From positions 10,478,001 through 10,542,000 of the forward strand of contig OZ024756.1 in assembly GCA_964016885.1 (NCBI GenBank): DNA of 64,000 nucleotides, written 5' to 3'. The stretch comes from Eledone cirrhosa (lineage: Eukaryota). Each line of letters starts with the position of its first letter. Positions within the stretch are counted from its first letter, which is position 1. A model generated the notes under the pieces. It searched no databases. It was not told where the DNA came from and saw only the letters and a list, made by a program, of their open reading frames with translations. Of this stretch, positions 52,080-64,000 are shown piece by piece. Position numbers and translations under genes: made by a program.

Positions 52080-52440
52080 TATTCAAAATATTAACAAATG
52101 AAAAATATTCTCATAATCAAAATATATACTTTATTATATATATTTCAGAGGTACTGTGCTATTTTTTTCAGTACGTCCTCATCAGACAAAATATATGATT
52201 TGATATATGACATACCGCTACAGTCTTTATTATTCAATTCCCATATTGGCAGTGATTTATTTCATCAAATCTCAATGTTTTTATACCACAAATAATATGA
52301 TAAACTTAAAGAAGAAAAGGACATAGAGCAAATTAGAGATATGAGAGAGGGTGTAAAGAAGAGGAAAGGCAAGAAAAAATAATAAATAAATACATAAATA
52401 GATAAATGAATAAAAAATAAATGGATGAATGAGTAAAAGA
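52080..52440 (-). mobile_element. Divergent family 1 copy D with a hammerhead at 52126-52194
   Basis: ATATTTTGT-CTGATGA-GGACGTACTG..CAGTACCTCT-GAAA-TATATA-TA-ATAAAGTAT. Flanks resemble family 1 (TGACATACC). Confidence 0.7.
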
Positions 52441-52441
52441 A

Positions 52442-52473
<32 letters not shown>

Positions 52474-52781
52474 TCACCACTGTCTAAGTGTTTTCAACCA
52501 TGAAGTGGAACTTCCTGGCCTTCCTTATTGAAAATAACACAAAGAATACAGAATTGACGATCGACAAGTCTCTAATTAATTGTTTTTATTTTATTATTAT
52601 TGGTTATTAGTAAAATCCAATCCTATGATTAATAGCCACAATTCTAATCCTGTGATTTATGCTCATAACTTATTAACGAGATCACTGACAACATAATTAC
52701 AAATTAAAACTACCTTAAAGTATAACATGGACAATTATGGACAACTTGAAATGTTTCAATTATAGGAATCTGTCATATTTT

Positions 52782-52819
<38 letters not shown>

Positions 52820-52840
52820 ATATATATATATATATGTGTA

Positions 52841-52913
<73 letters not shown>

Positions 52914-52914
52914 A

Positions 52915-52969
<55 letters not shown>

Positions 52970-53001
52970 AATGTATACATGCATGTATATATGTATGTGT
53001 A

Positions 53002-53050
<49 letters not shown>

Positions 53051-53074
53051 AATGTATACATGCATGTATATATG

Positions 53075-53159
<85 letters not shown>

Positions 53160-53277
53160 AATGTATACATGCATGTATATATGTATGGATATATATGCAT
53201 ATATATATATATATCCATACATATATACATGCATGTATACATTATATATATATATACATATCCTTACATATATATAC

Positions 53278-53662
53278 ATGGCTTAGTGGTTAGAGCATTG
53301 GTCTTTCAATCGAAAGGTTGTGAGTTCAATTCTCGGACCGGGTAATGTGTTGTTTCCTTGAGCAAGACACTTTATTTCACATTGCTCCAGTTTACTCAGC
53401 TGTAGAAATGAGATGATAGGAACTGGGGTCCCTATCATTCCACTGCAAACTGGTCGTGGAGGTGCCACGGCAAAAAAGCACCCAGTACTCACTGTAAATG
53501 AGGTTGGTGTTAGGAAGGGCATCCAGCTGTAGAAATCAAGCCAGAATCAGTTCCTGTATGTGCAAGGCAAGGTCAGCAGACCGGACAGTGCCCACAACAG
53601 AACAACCTGTCTAACCCATGCTAGTGTGGAAGAATGGACGTAAAACGGTGATGATGATGATA
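53278..53662 (+). mobile_element. Near full-length tRNA-derived SINE S2 (CORE-like centre, (TGA)n tail)
   Basis: A box TGGCTTAGTGG, B box GAGTTCAATTC, CCTTGAGCAAGACACTTT, GTTAGGAAGGGCATCCAGC, ends GATGATGATGA. Confidence 0.88.
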
Positions 53663-53686
53663 TATAACGTATCTATGGATGTATAA

Positions 53687-53729
<43 letters not shown>

Positions 53730-53962
53730 TCTACTTTTGGCACAATCCAGCAATTACCCCAGTGCATTACTGGTACTTTATTTTATCAACCCCATAAGGG
53801 TGAAAGGCAAAGTTAACCTCGGCGGGATTTGAACTCAGAATGGCAAGGGCCATAACTCTATACATCAAAGGATGGCATCCGCCCCTCTACCGATACTGCC
53901 AATCCACCATTTTATATATATATATATAATGTATACATGCATGTATATGTATATAAATATAT

Positions 53963-54001
<39 letters not shown>

Positions 54002-54086
54002 GTATACATGCATGTATATGTATATATGTATGGGTATATATATATATGTATAAGTATGTATATATGGATATGTGCATGTGTGTGTG

Positions 54087-54118
<32 letters not shown>

Positions 54119-55339
54119 CATATGTATATATTCATTTATGTATATATGTATCAAAGTTTTGGTGGTGGCCCCAGCAGAGGTCAACAAGGTGGTATCAGTT
54201 TATGTGTAGTAGTTATGGTGTGTTAACCCTTTAATAGCAAACACACTGAAACAACCCCTGGATCTATGCTACAAAACCTTTTTATTTTTAAAGTGTTTAT
54301 ATTTCTCTAAAAACATTTAATCATAATTTTATGTAAAAACCTTTATGCTAAAAAAATATCATCTTAATAATGAGAAAGTTTATTTTTGTTTCTAAATATC
54401 TCCAAATTTTAAATTTTATTTTTTCAAAATTATTTGAAAATCCTTGAAAATCAGAAATATGCTAATGAAAGAGTTAAAAACCTTCCATTAAAACTTAATT
54501 TAAGAACCGTTATTAAGTTATGTTCCAAACACCAGATTTATAATGAGGAAGTTATGTTACAAGCGCTCTTCAGATTCCTGGTTATTTTCTAAATCCTTTC
54601 AAAATAATAGGCAGTAACTCTCATTATAAATATGGTTATGAAAGTGGTTAAATATTCCAACTTTATATACTACAGGTTTTGATGGTAACCCCCAGCAGAA
54701 ATACTCAAGATAAACCAGATTTATAAGACAACTCGAAATTTCGTTCTAGAAAGTAAATTTCTGTCATTTAGTCCTAGATCAATCCTGATTGAACAGTTCA
54801 ATAATTATTGGAGTTCTGATCATGATCATTCTGCCTTCTTAAATATAAGAAAATATATTGTCTAATGTGTTCTTTCTGGTTTTAAGACTATATATTTGTG
54901 ATTTGAGAGAGATTTAGTTGCTATTTCTAGCATGTCAAATGACCATGTAGAGGCTCTTTCATTGGCTCAAGAGAGTAAGTTGTTATTATAGCATGTATAT
55001 GTTATGGTCAGATTACTCTCAAGGGCTACCTGGTTGTAACCCAATACATCCTGTCACATGACTGGGTTGTCATCGGCAACTAAGCCAGCATCTCCGCCAA
55101 ATTTGCTTTGGTGAGAAGGGCGATTTATAGACACCCTGCATGATGAAAAACAAAACCCATTAAAGGGATAAAGAACTAAGGAGAGTCAATGGCATCTAGT
55201 ATGGGTCTATAGCTCATGAGTTTTGGTTAGCAGTGTATCTAGGAGAAAGATCATGCTAATTTCAAAAGCAGGATGAATCAGAGTTCTTAGTTACTTTGCT
55301 GACATTTTAAGTGGCCAACGTCTTCTTCCTTGAGATGAA

Positions 55340-55943
55340 AGGAGATGAGCTGTGGCTAAGTAGCAAACTTCTGAGGAATGATCTAATGGAAATGAGCTGC
55401 GGCTCAGTAGCAAACCTCTGAGTAATGATCTGGAGATGAGCTGTGGCTCAGTAGCAAACATCTGGTGGAGATGAGTTGTGGCTCAGTAGCAAACATCTGG
55501 TGGAGATGAGTTGTGGCTCAGTAGCAAACTTCTGAGGAATGATCTAATGGAGATGAGCTTTGACTCAGTAGCAAACCTCTGAGTAATGATCTGGAGATGA
55601 GCTGTGGCTCAGTAACAAACATCTAAGTAATGATCTGGTGGAGATGAGCTGTGGCTCAGTAGCAAACTTCTGAGGAATGATCTAATGGAGATGAGCTGCG
55701 GCTCAGTAGCAAACCTCTGAGTAATGATCTGGTGGAGATGAGCTGTGGCTCAGTAGCAAACTTCTGAGGAATGATCTAATGGAGATGAGCTGCAGCTCAG
55801 TAGCAAACCTCTGAGTAATGATCTGGAGATGAGCTGTGGCTCAGTAGCAAACATCTGAGTAATGATCTAATGGAGATGAGCTGTGGCTCAGTAGCAAACT
55901 TCTCAGTAATGATCTAATGGAGATGAGCTGCGGTTCAGTAGCA
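55340..55943. repeat. 43-47 bp minisatellite (~13 units)
   Basis: GGAGATGAGCTGTGGCTCAGTAGCAAAC(TTC/CTC)TGAG.AATGATCT recurs. Confidence 0.9.
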
Positions 55944-57709
55944 GAGAGAGTGGAATGGATATAGAGGGAGAGATAGAGAGGGGACAGACGAAGTCTATGG
56001 GGTGGGTGAACTTTGGGTTCGTAGTAGTAATCTGCGAATTGCACTGAGTTACCATTTATAGTGATAAGCAGGGTATTGTCTTATAGTGTAGGGGAAGATA
56101 AGGTGGTTAGCTAGAAAGCGATGTTATAGTTACGGGTTCGAATGTTAAGTTATTTTATAGTGAGAGAATTTAGCTTTTAGTTTGTGGTTGCAGTATAATG
56201 ATCGTTCGATTCTATCGTTAAGTAGTTTATTTTTTGATTTTAATATGTAAAAGAGTTCAAGGTTACATAACCTACAGTACTTCAATCCACTCCGATATGC
56301 ATTTGCGTTGGAAAGTATATTCCATTTTAAGGTGAACTGTTGGCTGCGTTCACGGAGCTGCCAGGTCTTGTTGGCGAGCGTGGTCACAAAACGGTGATCA
56401 GGATGTTTGATTGAGAATCGATGACGGTACCAGCGAGATTTAAACGAGGTGGTGGTAGATCCGATATAATACCATTTCTGGTCGTTCGATTCAACCGTGC
56501 ATTGGTAAACAATGTTGGACTTTAGGCATTCATTCTTCAATGGACATCTTTCAGGTTATATCTTTCTGTATATCCCCCCCCCCCCCTGTAGATTACTAAA
56601 TTTACTATGTAGTATGTGGGCTATGTAAATTCCCACAAGATCCGTGACCTCCGCTGAGTCGTTGGAACCCATGGTAATGTCGAAGTTTGTTTGTCTGTCC
56701 TTACGTTCCCAGTAGCAGTTATCAAACTTAATAATGGTTTTTCTAGCCTCGGGAATAATATTAATTTCGTCCTCCGTTAGGTCGGAATTGACTTTAGTAA
56801 ACGATAGGGCCTTACGTAAAGTGCTTGGTGAGATTGAAGAGTAGTATTCGTCTATGTCAAATTATATAAACTTAAATTTATTCTTATTCTTAACGTTATT
56901 AAACCAGCGAATTGCTTCGCTAGTGTTGCCCCATAATTTAATTTCAATTTTCTTTTTCACTTGAGTTATTACTCTGTCAAGTATATGTTTGCTAATTTTT
57001 CCTATGTCTGATTTAGAAGGGCATATAAGTCTAATCTTAGGGTTAGAGTTAAAATTTACCTTATGGTCCTTCAGGTTGAAGGTGAGGGTAGCGGGTATAA
57101 TCGGCTCGGTTCTATCGTCTATCTTGAGATTCTTCACCACCTTGTATGCCTCGTTGTTAATATTTGCTAGCGTAGTTTCACTTGTTTTTCTATATTTTTT
57201 GTGTAGTTCATTGCGTATGAAGTTATTGTATGTATCGATATCCATGGTATACACGTTAGAGGTCTTGTCAGCTTTTACAACAATTCCATTGGTATTTTGC
57301 AGTCTTCGGAGTAGTGCTTTCATGTTGCTCTGCAGCTCATTATTTCTATGTTTGTTAAACTTAATATTCATGATCGTATTCATTAAATCTTGTTCGAAAG
57401 CATCGAGATGGGGGTTTGTGGGTGGGTTTTTACATGATTTAAAACCATATGATTCAGACGAGTGACTGGCGTGTCCCTTATCGAAATGGAAAGCCTTCCA
57501 TCGTACACGCCGAATGAAGTCATTATTGCGTCGAATCATACTAAGAATATATTCCCTTTTGTTAGGTATAGGCATGTTTTTAAGTGACATACCTATATGA
57601 TGTCTTTCCATATTAATGCCGTGTGTCGGTGTGGTTGCTCAACTGTGAAGGAGACGATTATTAGGTATAGGATTATCCTAGATGTAGTAATGGTTAATTA
57701 CTACACTGG

Positions 57710-57710
<1 letters not shown>
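55944..57710 (-). mobile_element. PLE (Hydra-clade-like) with an internal deletion from RT motif C to the CxC linker
   Basis: ATG at 57611 (MERHHIGMSLKNMPIP..IRRVRWKAFHF..RLICPSKSDIG), then ITMGSNDSAEVTDLVG, then G..IYR fused to PERCPL..NIVYQC..YIGSTTTSFKSRW..CRLCNLE..CNH (stop at 56145). Confidence 0.9.
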
Positions 57711-57740
<30 letters not shown>

Positions 57741-57851
57741 TATACATATATTATTGATTTTATATTAATTAAACTCCAGTCCTATAAACTGTTGAGTGCT
57801 ACTTATCCGATATTTGCATTGCTTTAATGTGCTACAATAAAATTCACCTCC

Positions 57852-57892
<41 letters not shown>

Positions 57893-58822
57893 TTTCCAAC
57901 GCAAGTGAATATCGGAGTGGATTGAAGTACTGTAGGTTATGTAACCTTGAACTCTTTTACATATTAAAATCAAAAAATAAACTACTTAACGATAGAATCG
58001 AACGATCATTATACTGCAACCACAAACTAAAAGCTAAATTCTCTCACTATAAAATAACTTAACATTCGAACCCGTAATTATAACATCGCTTTCTAGCTAA
58101 CCACCTTACAAGACAATACCCTGCTTATCACTATAAATGGTAACTCAGTGCAATTCGCAGATTACTACTACGAACCCAAAGTTCACCCACCCCATAGACT
58201 TCGTCTGTCCCCTCTCTATCTCTCCCTCTATATCCATTCCACTCTCTCTCTCGCCTTTGGCCTACCTCCCTCCCTCTCCACATCTATGAACCTGCCCACT
58301 GGGGCAATAAATAATTCCAACCTTGACTATCAACGCATCTCTCTAAAAGTAACCAGTATAATAAAACCTCTACCATAACATTTTGATTAAGATATCTATA
58401 AACCACTCTCTCCTATTTCTCCAACCACTGCATATCTTTCTCTCTCCCTCTCCCCTACTTTTCTCTCTTCCTTTTCTACTCTATCTTCTCCAATAACCTC
58501 ACTTAAGGGTATTTACATTGTACATTTTAACCATTCTGCTCTGATGATACAGTGGTCACAGCATTTGATATTTGAGTTCTGCAAATAGTTGTAAATTTGC
58601 ACATAGCATAACTAGGCTGTATTACCACCGTGGAAACATTTGTAAGCACACGGAATAAATGACCTTTTTATGATGTCTACCTGTTATTATTCATTCTTTA
58701 TATATATATTTACATATATTATTGATTTTATATTAATTAAACTCCAGTCCTATAAACTGTTGAGTGCTACTTATCTGATATTTGCATTGCTTTATTGTGC
58801 TGCAATAAAACTCCCCTCCTAC
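57893..58822 (+). mobile_element. Inverted 3' copy / pseudo-LTR of the 55944-57710 PLE
   Basis: 57893-58250 is the reverse complement of ~55944-56313. It continues into an HHR; its last ~110 bp are duplicated at 57740-57853. Confidence 0.88.
58537..58648 (+). ncRNA. Hammerhead ribozyme with ~85-nt extended stem II
   Basis: TGCT-CTGATGA-(TACAGTGGT...ACCACCGTG)-GAAA-CATTTG-TA-AGCA. Confidence 0.68.
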
Positions 58823-58829
58823 ACACATA

Positions 58830-58920
<91 letters not shown>

Positions 58921-59036
58921 CATGTTTCTAGCAACCAGCCTACTAACCGTAAGGCACACATCACACATATATATATATACATATATATATACATATATGT
59001 ATATATATATATATATATATATACATATATATATAC

Positions 59037-59083
<47 letters not shown>

Positions 59084-59218
59084 CATATATATATACATAT
59101 ATATATATACATATATATATACATATATATATACATATATATATATACATATATATATATACATATATATATACATATATACATATACACATATATATAT
59201 ATATACATATATACATAT

Positions 59219-59369
<151 letters not shown>

Positions 59370-59374
59370 CATAT

Positions 59375-59427
<53 letters not shown>

Positions 59428-59884
59428 TATACATATACACATATACATATATATATGTATATATATGTATATCAGTGAGAGCGAGTGCGAAGAAGAAGCC
59501 ATTTATCTTCTGTAATAACCCCATAAGACACCATTATAAACAGGTAATGGGCTAATATTCAATGCATTAATTTCTTCAACTTTGCTTAGTTTTGTTGGAA
59601 ATTTTGTGTGTTTATGTTCATGTTTTTAGCGTTATTGGACCCTTCATTATTTTATATTTATATACTTATTAATATTGTAATGAAGCAACTTTTCAACACA
59701 GGCTTTAGTTGACATAGAGACATTGAGAATTATATGACAGTTGTTGTGGAATAATTTAGTGATTAAACCATTCCTAGTTCGAACTTGTGATGGTATCAAT
59801 ACAGCTGAGTTGGACATTTATGGAGATATGGCTAAAGTTGACATTTGATGGGCTAAAAAAAGTTGTCTAAACAACAGTCTTTGC

Positions 59885-60358
59885 TCGGACAGAATACTTG
59901 GACAGAATGCTCAGACAGAATACTCATATAGAATAATACTCGAACAGAATGCCCAGACAGAATGCACAGACAGAATAATACTCGAGCAGAACACTCGGAC
60001 AGAATGCTCAGACAGAATGCACAGACAGAATAGTACTTGAGCAGAACACTCGGACAGAATGCTCAGACAGAATAATACTCGAGCAGAACACTCGGACAGA
60101 ATGCTCAGACAGAATGCAGACAGAATAGTACTCGAGCTGAACACTCGGACAGAATGCTCAAACAGAATGCACAGACAGAATAGTACTCGAGCTGAACACT
60201 CGGACAGAATGCTCAGACAGAATGCTCAGACAGAATAATACTCGAGCTGAACACTCGGACAGAATGCTCAGACAGAATGCTCAGACAGAATAATACTCGA
60301 GCTGAACACTCGGACAGAATGCTCAGACAGAATAATACTCGCACAGAACACTCGGACA
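59885..60358. repeat. Compound minisatellite built from ~13-16 bp ACAGAA-containing subunits
   Basis: GACAGAATGCTCA, GACAGAATAATACTCGA and GCAGAACACTCG alternate. Confidence 0.9.
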
Positions 60359-60444
60359 GTTTTTCTTCTGATGGTATCTAAGTTTAATGGTTCCGATGTC
60401 TCTTTGAAGTTATCCAGTTTTACTTGTCTTAAGAGTCTGGATGT

Positions 60445-61050
60445 TACATCATCACCACTACCACCACACTACTACCATCATCATCACAACCACCCACAAC
60501 CACCACTACCACAACCACCACCATCACCACCACCATCATTACAACAACCAGACTATCACCACCACCACTACCACAACCACCACCATCACCACAACCACCA
60601 CCACTACCACCACCATCATCACAACAACCACACTACCACAACCACCGCTACCACCACCATCATCACAACCACCACAACCACCACTACCACAACCACCACA
60701 CCACCACAACTACCACCATCATCACAACAACCACCACCATCATTACAACAACCACACTACCACAACCATCACAACCACCACCATCATCACAACGACCACA
60801 CTACCACAACCACCACCACCACTGTCACCCCCCCCCCTACCACCATTGCACCACCACTACCACCTCCACTGCCACACCACCACCACCACCACCACCACAC
60901 CACCACCACCACACCACCACCACCACCACTACTACCATATCACCACCAACACTACCTCCGCTGTCACCCACCCACCCCACCACTACCACCACTGCCACAC
61001 CACCACCACCACTGCACCACCACCACCGCTACTACCTTCCACTGCCACAC
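60445..61050. repeat. (CAC/CAA)n low-complexity tract
   Basis: Direct reading of the sequence. Confidence 0.95.
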
Positions 61051-62074
61051 CACATTACCCTATATTTGTTATATGTATTTTCAAGGTAATTTCACATAAT
61101 TATCTCACATAATATTGAATTTATGAGATTTTGAGAACAACACCTTAACATAAGTATGAACAGCCATTTATGGCCATTTTGAACAGAAAGAGGCGAGAGA
61201 ATTCTGGCTGGATATGGCTGCTTTCAATGCTTAAGTGTTCAAGGTTTTTACATAAAATACATTTTTATTAAAACAAATCGGTGTCACATATTTTTCCGAT
61301 AAAGTGTAATACTTAATCAAATACATAACTTTTCTTCTTTCTTCTAGAAGTTAGTTCTTTAAAAAACTATTTCTACTTTTATAGAAAGTAATTTCCTCTC
61401 TCCTACTGACAATTTCATTCCATTTCCATTTGAGACCAATGTTTCAGACATACCTCAAGCTAAAACATTAGCTGTTGCACATTTTCTAAACATGAATTCT
61501 TCTGTGCTTTTGGTGTAAAGGGAACTTATGTAAAGAATTATTTCTAATATTCACACAACGGCAGCAATTTAGTGGAAAAGAGGAATGTCAGTTTTATTGA
61601 CCCCAGTACTGGACTGCTATTTTATTTTATTTTATCAACCTTGGAAGTATGTAAAGTAGGAGTGTCTGAGAACTCTGCTTCCGGGGCCTTCTTAGGAATA
61701 AGAAGGTGAAGAAGAGGGAGAAGAAGAAGAAGAAGAAGGAGAAGGAGCAAAGTTTACCTTGGTATGATTTGAACTCAGAATGAAAAGTACCAGAAGAAAT
61801 ACTGTTAGGTATTTCTCTGATGCCATAACAACTTTGCTAATCCACTGCCCACATGGTTACATAAATAATTGTTTCTACTTTAGGCACAAGGCCAGCAATA
61901 ACCCAGTGCATTACTGGTACTTTATTTTATCGACCCCGTAAGGATAAAAGGCAAAGTCAACCTCGCCGGGATTTGAACTCAGACTGTAAAGGGACGTAAC
62001 TATGCTAGAAGGCATGGCGTCCAACCCTCTACTGATACTGCCAATTCACCACATGGTTGCATAAATAATGATAC

Positions 62075-63262
62075 AAGTCGTAGTCTTGGTGCTGTGATAA
62101 ATACACCCAGTCCACCCTGTAAAGTGGTAGTCTTGGTGCTGTGATAAATACACCCAGTCCACCCTGTAAAGTCATAGTACTGGTGCTGTGATAAGATACA
62201 CCCAGTCCACTCTGTAAAGTCGTAGTACTGGTGCTGTGATAAAATACACCCAGTCCACTCTGTAAAGTTGTAGTACTGGTGCTGTGATAAATGCACCCAG
62301 TCCACTCTGTAAAGTCATAGTACTGGTGCTGTGATAAAATACACCCAGTCCACTCTGTAAAGTCATAGTACTGGTGCTGTGATAAGATACACCCAGTCCA
62401 CTCTGTAAAGTCGTAGTACTGGTGCTGTGATAAATACACCCAGTCCACTCTGTAAAGTTGTAGTACTGGTGCTGTGATAAGATACACCCAGTCCACTCTG
62501 TAAAGTTGTAGTACTGGTGCTGTGATAAAATACACCCAGTCCACTCTGTAAAGTCATAGTACTGGTGCTGTGATAAATACACCCAGTCCACTCTGTAAAG
62601 TCATAGTACTGCTGTAAATTCATAGTACTGGTGCTGTGATAAAATACACCCAGTCCACTCTGTAAAGTGGTAGTGCTGGTGCTGTGATAAATACACCCAG
62701 TCCACCCTGTAAAGTGGTAGTGTTGGTACCATGATAAATACACCCAGTCCACTCTGTAAAGTGGTTGTACTTATGCTGTGATAAATACACCCAGTACACT
62801 CTGTAAAGAGGTAGTACTGGTGCTGTGATAAATACACCCAGTCCACTCTGTAAAGTCATAGTACTGGTGCTGTGATAAGATACACCCAGTCCACTCTGTA
62901 AAATCGTAGTACTGGTGCTGTGATAAATACACCCAGTCCACTCTGTAAAGTCGTAGTACTGGTGCTGTGATAAAATACACCCAGTCCACTCTGTAAAGTC
63001 ATAGTACTGGTGCTGTGATAAAATACACCCAGTCCACTCTGTAAAGTGGTAGTGCCGGTGCTGTGATAAATACACCCAGTTCACCCTGTAAAGTGGTAGT
63101 GTTGGTACCATGATAAATACACCCAGTCCACTCTGTAAAGTGGTCGTACTTATGCTGTGATAAATACACCCAGTCCACTCTGTAAAGTCGTAGTACTGGT
63201 GCTGTGATAAATACACCCAGTCCACTCTGTAAAGTCATAATACTGGTGCTGTGATAAATACA
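62075..63262. repeat. 47-48 bp satellite (~25 units), SINE S2-related
   Basis: GTACTGGTGCTGTGATAAATACACCCAGTCCACTCTGTAAAGT recurs. It resembles GGTGCCACGGCAAAAAAGCACCCAGTACTCACTGTAAA at 53461-53498. Confidence 0.85.
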
Positions 63263-63263
63263 C

Positions 63264-64000
63264 CCCAGCTCTTTAATAAGCTACTCTATAGTGCCAGAGC
63301 TCCCATCCATCGTGTCAAGGACCATATTCTGCAATAGCCTGGGATTCAAGTGATCCCAGCTCTTTAATAAGCTACTCTATAGTGCCAGAGCTCCCATCCA
63401 TCGTGTCAAGGACCATATTCTGCAATAGCCTGGGGTTCAAGTGATCCCAGCTCTTTAATAAGCTACTCTATAGTGCCAGAGCTCCCATCCATCGTGTCAA
63501 GGACCATATTCTGCAATAGCCTGGGGTTCAAGTGATCCCAGCTCTTTAATAAGCTACTCTATAGTGCCAGAGCTCCCACCCATCGTGTCAAGGACCACAT
63601 TCTGCAATAGCCTGGGGTTCAAGTGACCCCAGCTCTTTAATAAGCTACTCTATAGTGCCAGAGCTCCCATCCATCGTGTCAAGGACAACATTCTGCAATA
63701 GCCTGGGGTTCAAGGGACCCCAGCTCTTTAATAAGCTACTCTATAATGCCAGAAGTCCCATCCATCACATCCAGTGTAAGGACCACATTCTGCAATAGCC
63801 TGGGGTTCAAGGGGCCCCAGCTCTTTAATAAGCAGCTAAAAATCCTGAGGGCTTTTGGTGTCCATGAAAATGATTTCAAGAGACATCTCGACATTTTACA
63901 GACCAAGATCCTGGATAAAACCACATCTCGAGGTGATGCACAAATAAGGGCAGCAACAACAAACTCCCTTTTGTATCAATGGCCAACCAAGGAAAGCTGG
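63264..64000 (+). mobile_element. 3' end of a CR1/L2-type LINE ORF preceded by a 91-bp tandem amplification (~6 units) of its own sequence
   Basis: Period 91. The last unit reads into TTFCNSLGFKGPQLFNK..FKRHLD..QIRAATTNSL. Confidence 0.7.

Noticed and set aside
53278-53340. tRNA-like sequence with A and B boxes (also ~47770-47835)
   Set aside because: It is the head of a multi-copy SINE; there is no intact acceptor stem.
54220-54970. TTAACCC..GTTAA segments resembling a TTAA-specific MITE
   Set aside because: Too degenerate to define paired TIRs from this window alone.

Overview
AT-rich, repeat-saturated animal genomic DNA. The SINE families resemble those of octopus or other coleoid cephalopods; that is an inference from memory, not a search. 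No host protein-coding gene is recognisable, and almost all long ORFs in the track are microsatellite or satellite read-through. The window is a cluster of Penelope-like elements (PLEs; RT plus C-terminal GIY-YIG endonuclease). Four copies carry Hydra-clade-like motifs (7.4-16.2 kb, 17.4-19.6 kb, 29.8-32.3 kb, 55.9-58.8 kb) and one belongs to a different lineage (37.2-39.6 kb). In the left half they sit between 1.2-2.9 kb (TA)n arrays with strand-polarised TTTA interruptions. I find 16 hammerhead-ribozyme (HHR)-like motifs in about six sequence families. Highlights: (i) a 310-bp, highly structured tandem repeat with one HHR per unit (non-LTR retrozyme / circular-RNA-like); (ii) three PLE families whose HHRs carry an 85-116 nt structured stem II insertion; (iii) most elements co-oriented on the minus strand between polarised TA arrays. 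The right half holds nested DNA transposons (hAT-like; DD41D Tc1/mariner), CR1/L2-type and RTE-type LINE remnants, tRNA-derived SINEs, and at least five satellites amplified in place from TE sequence. All structures and coordinates were read by eye, so boundaries are approximate.
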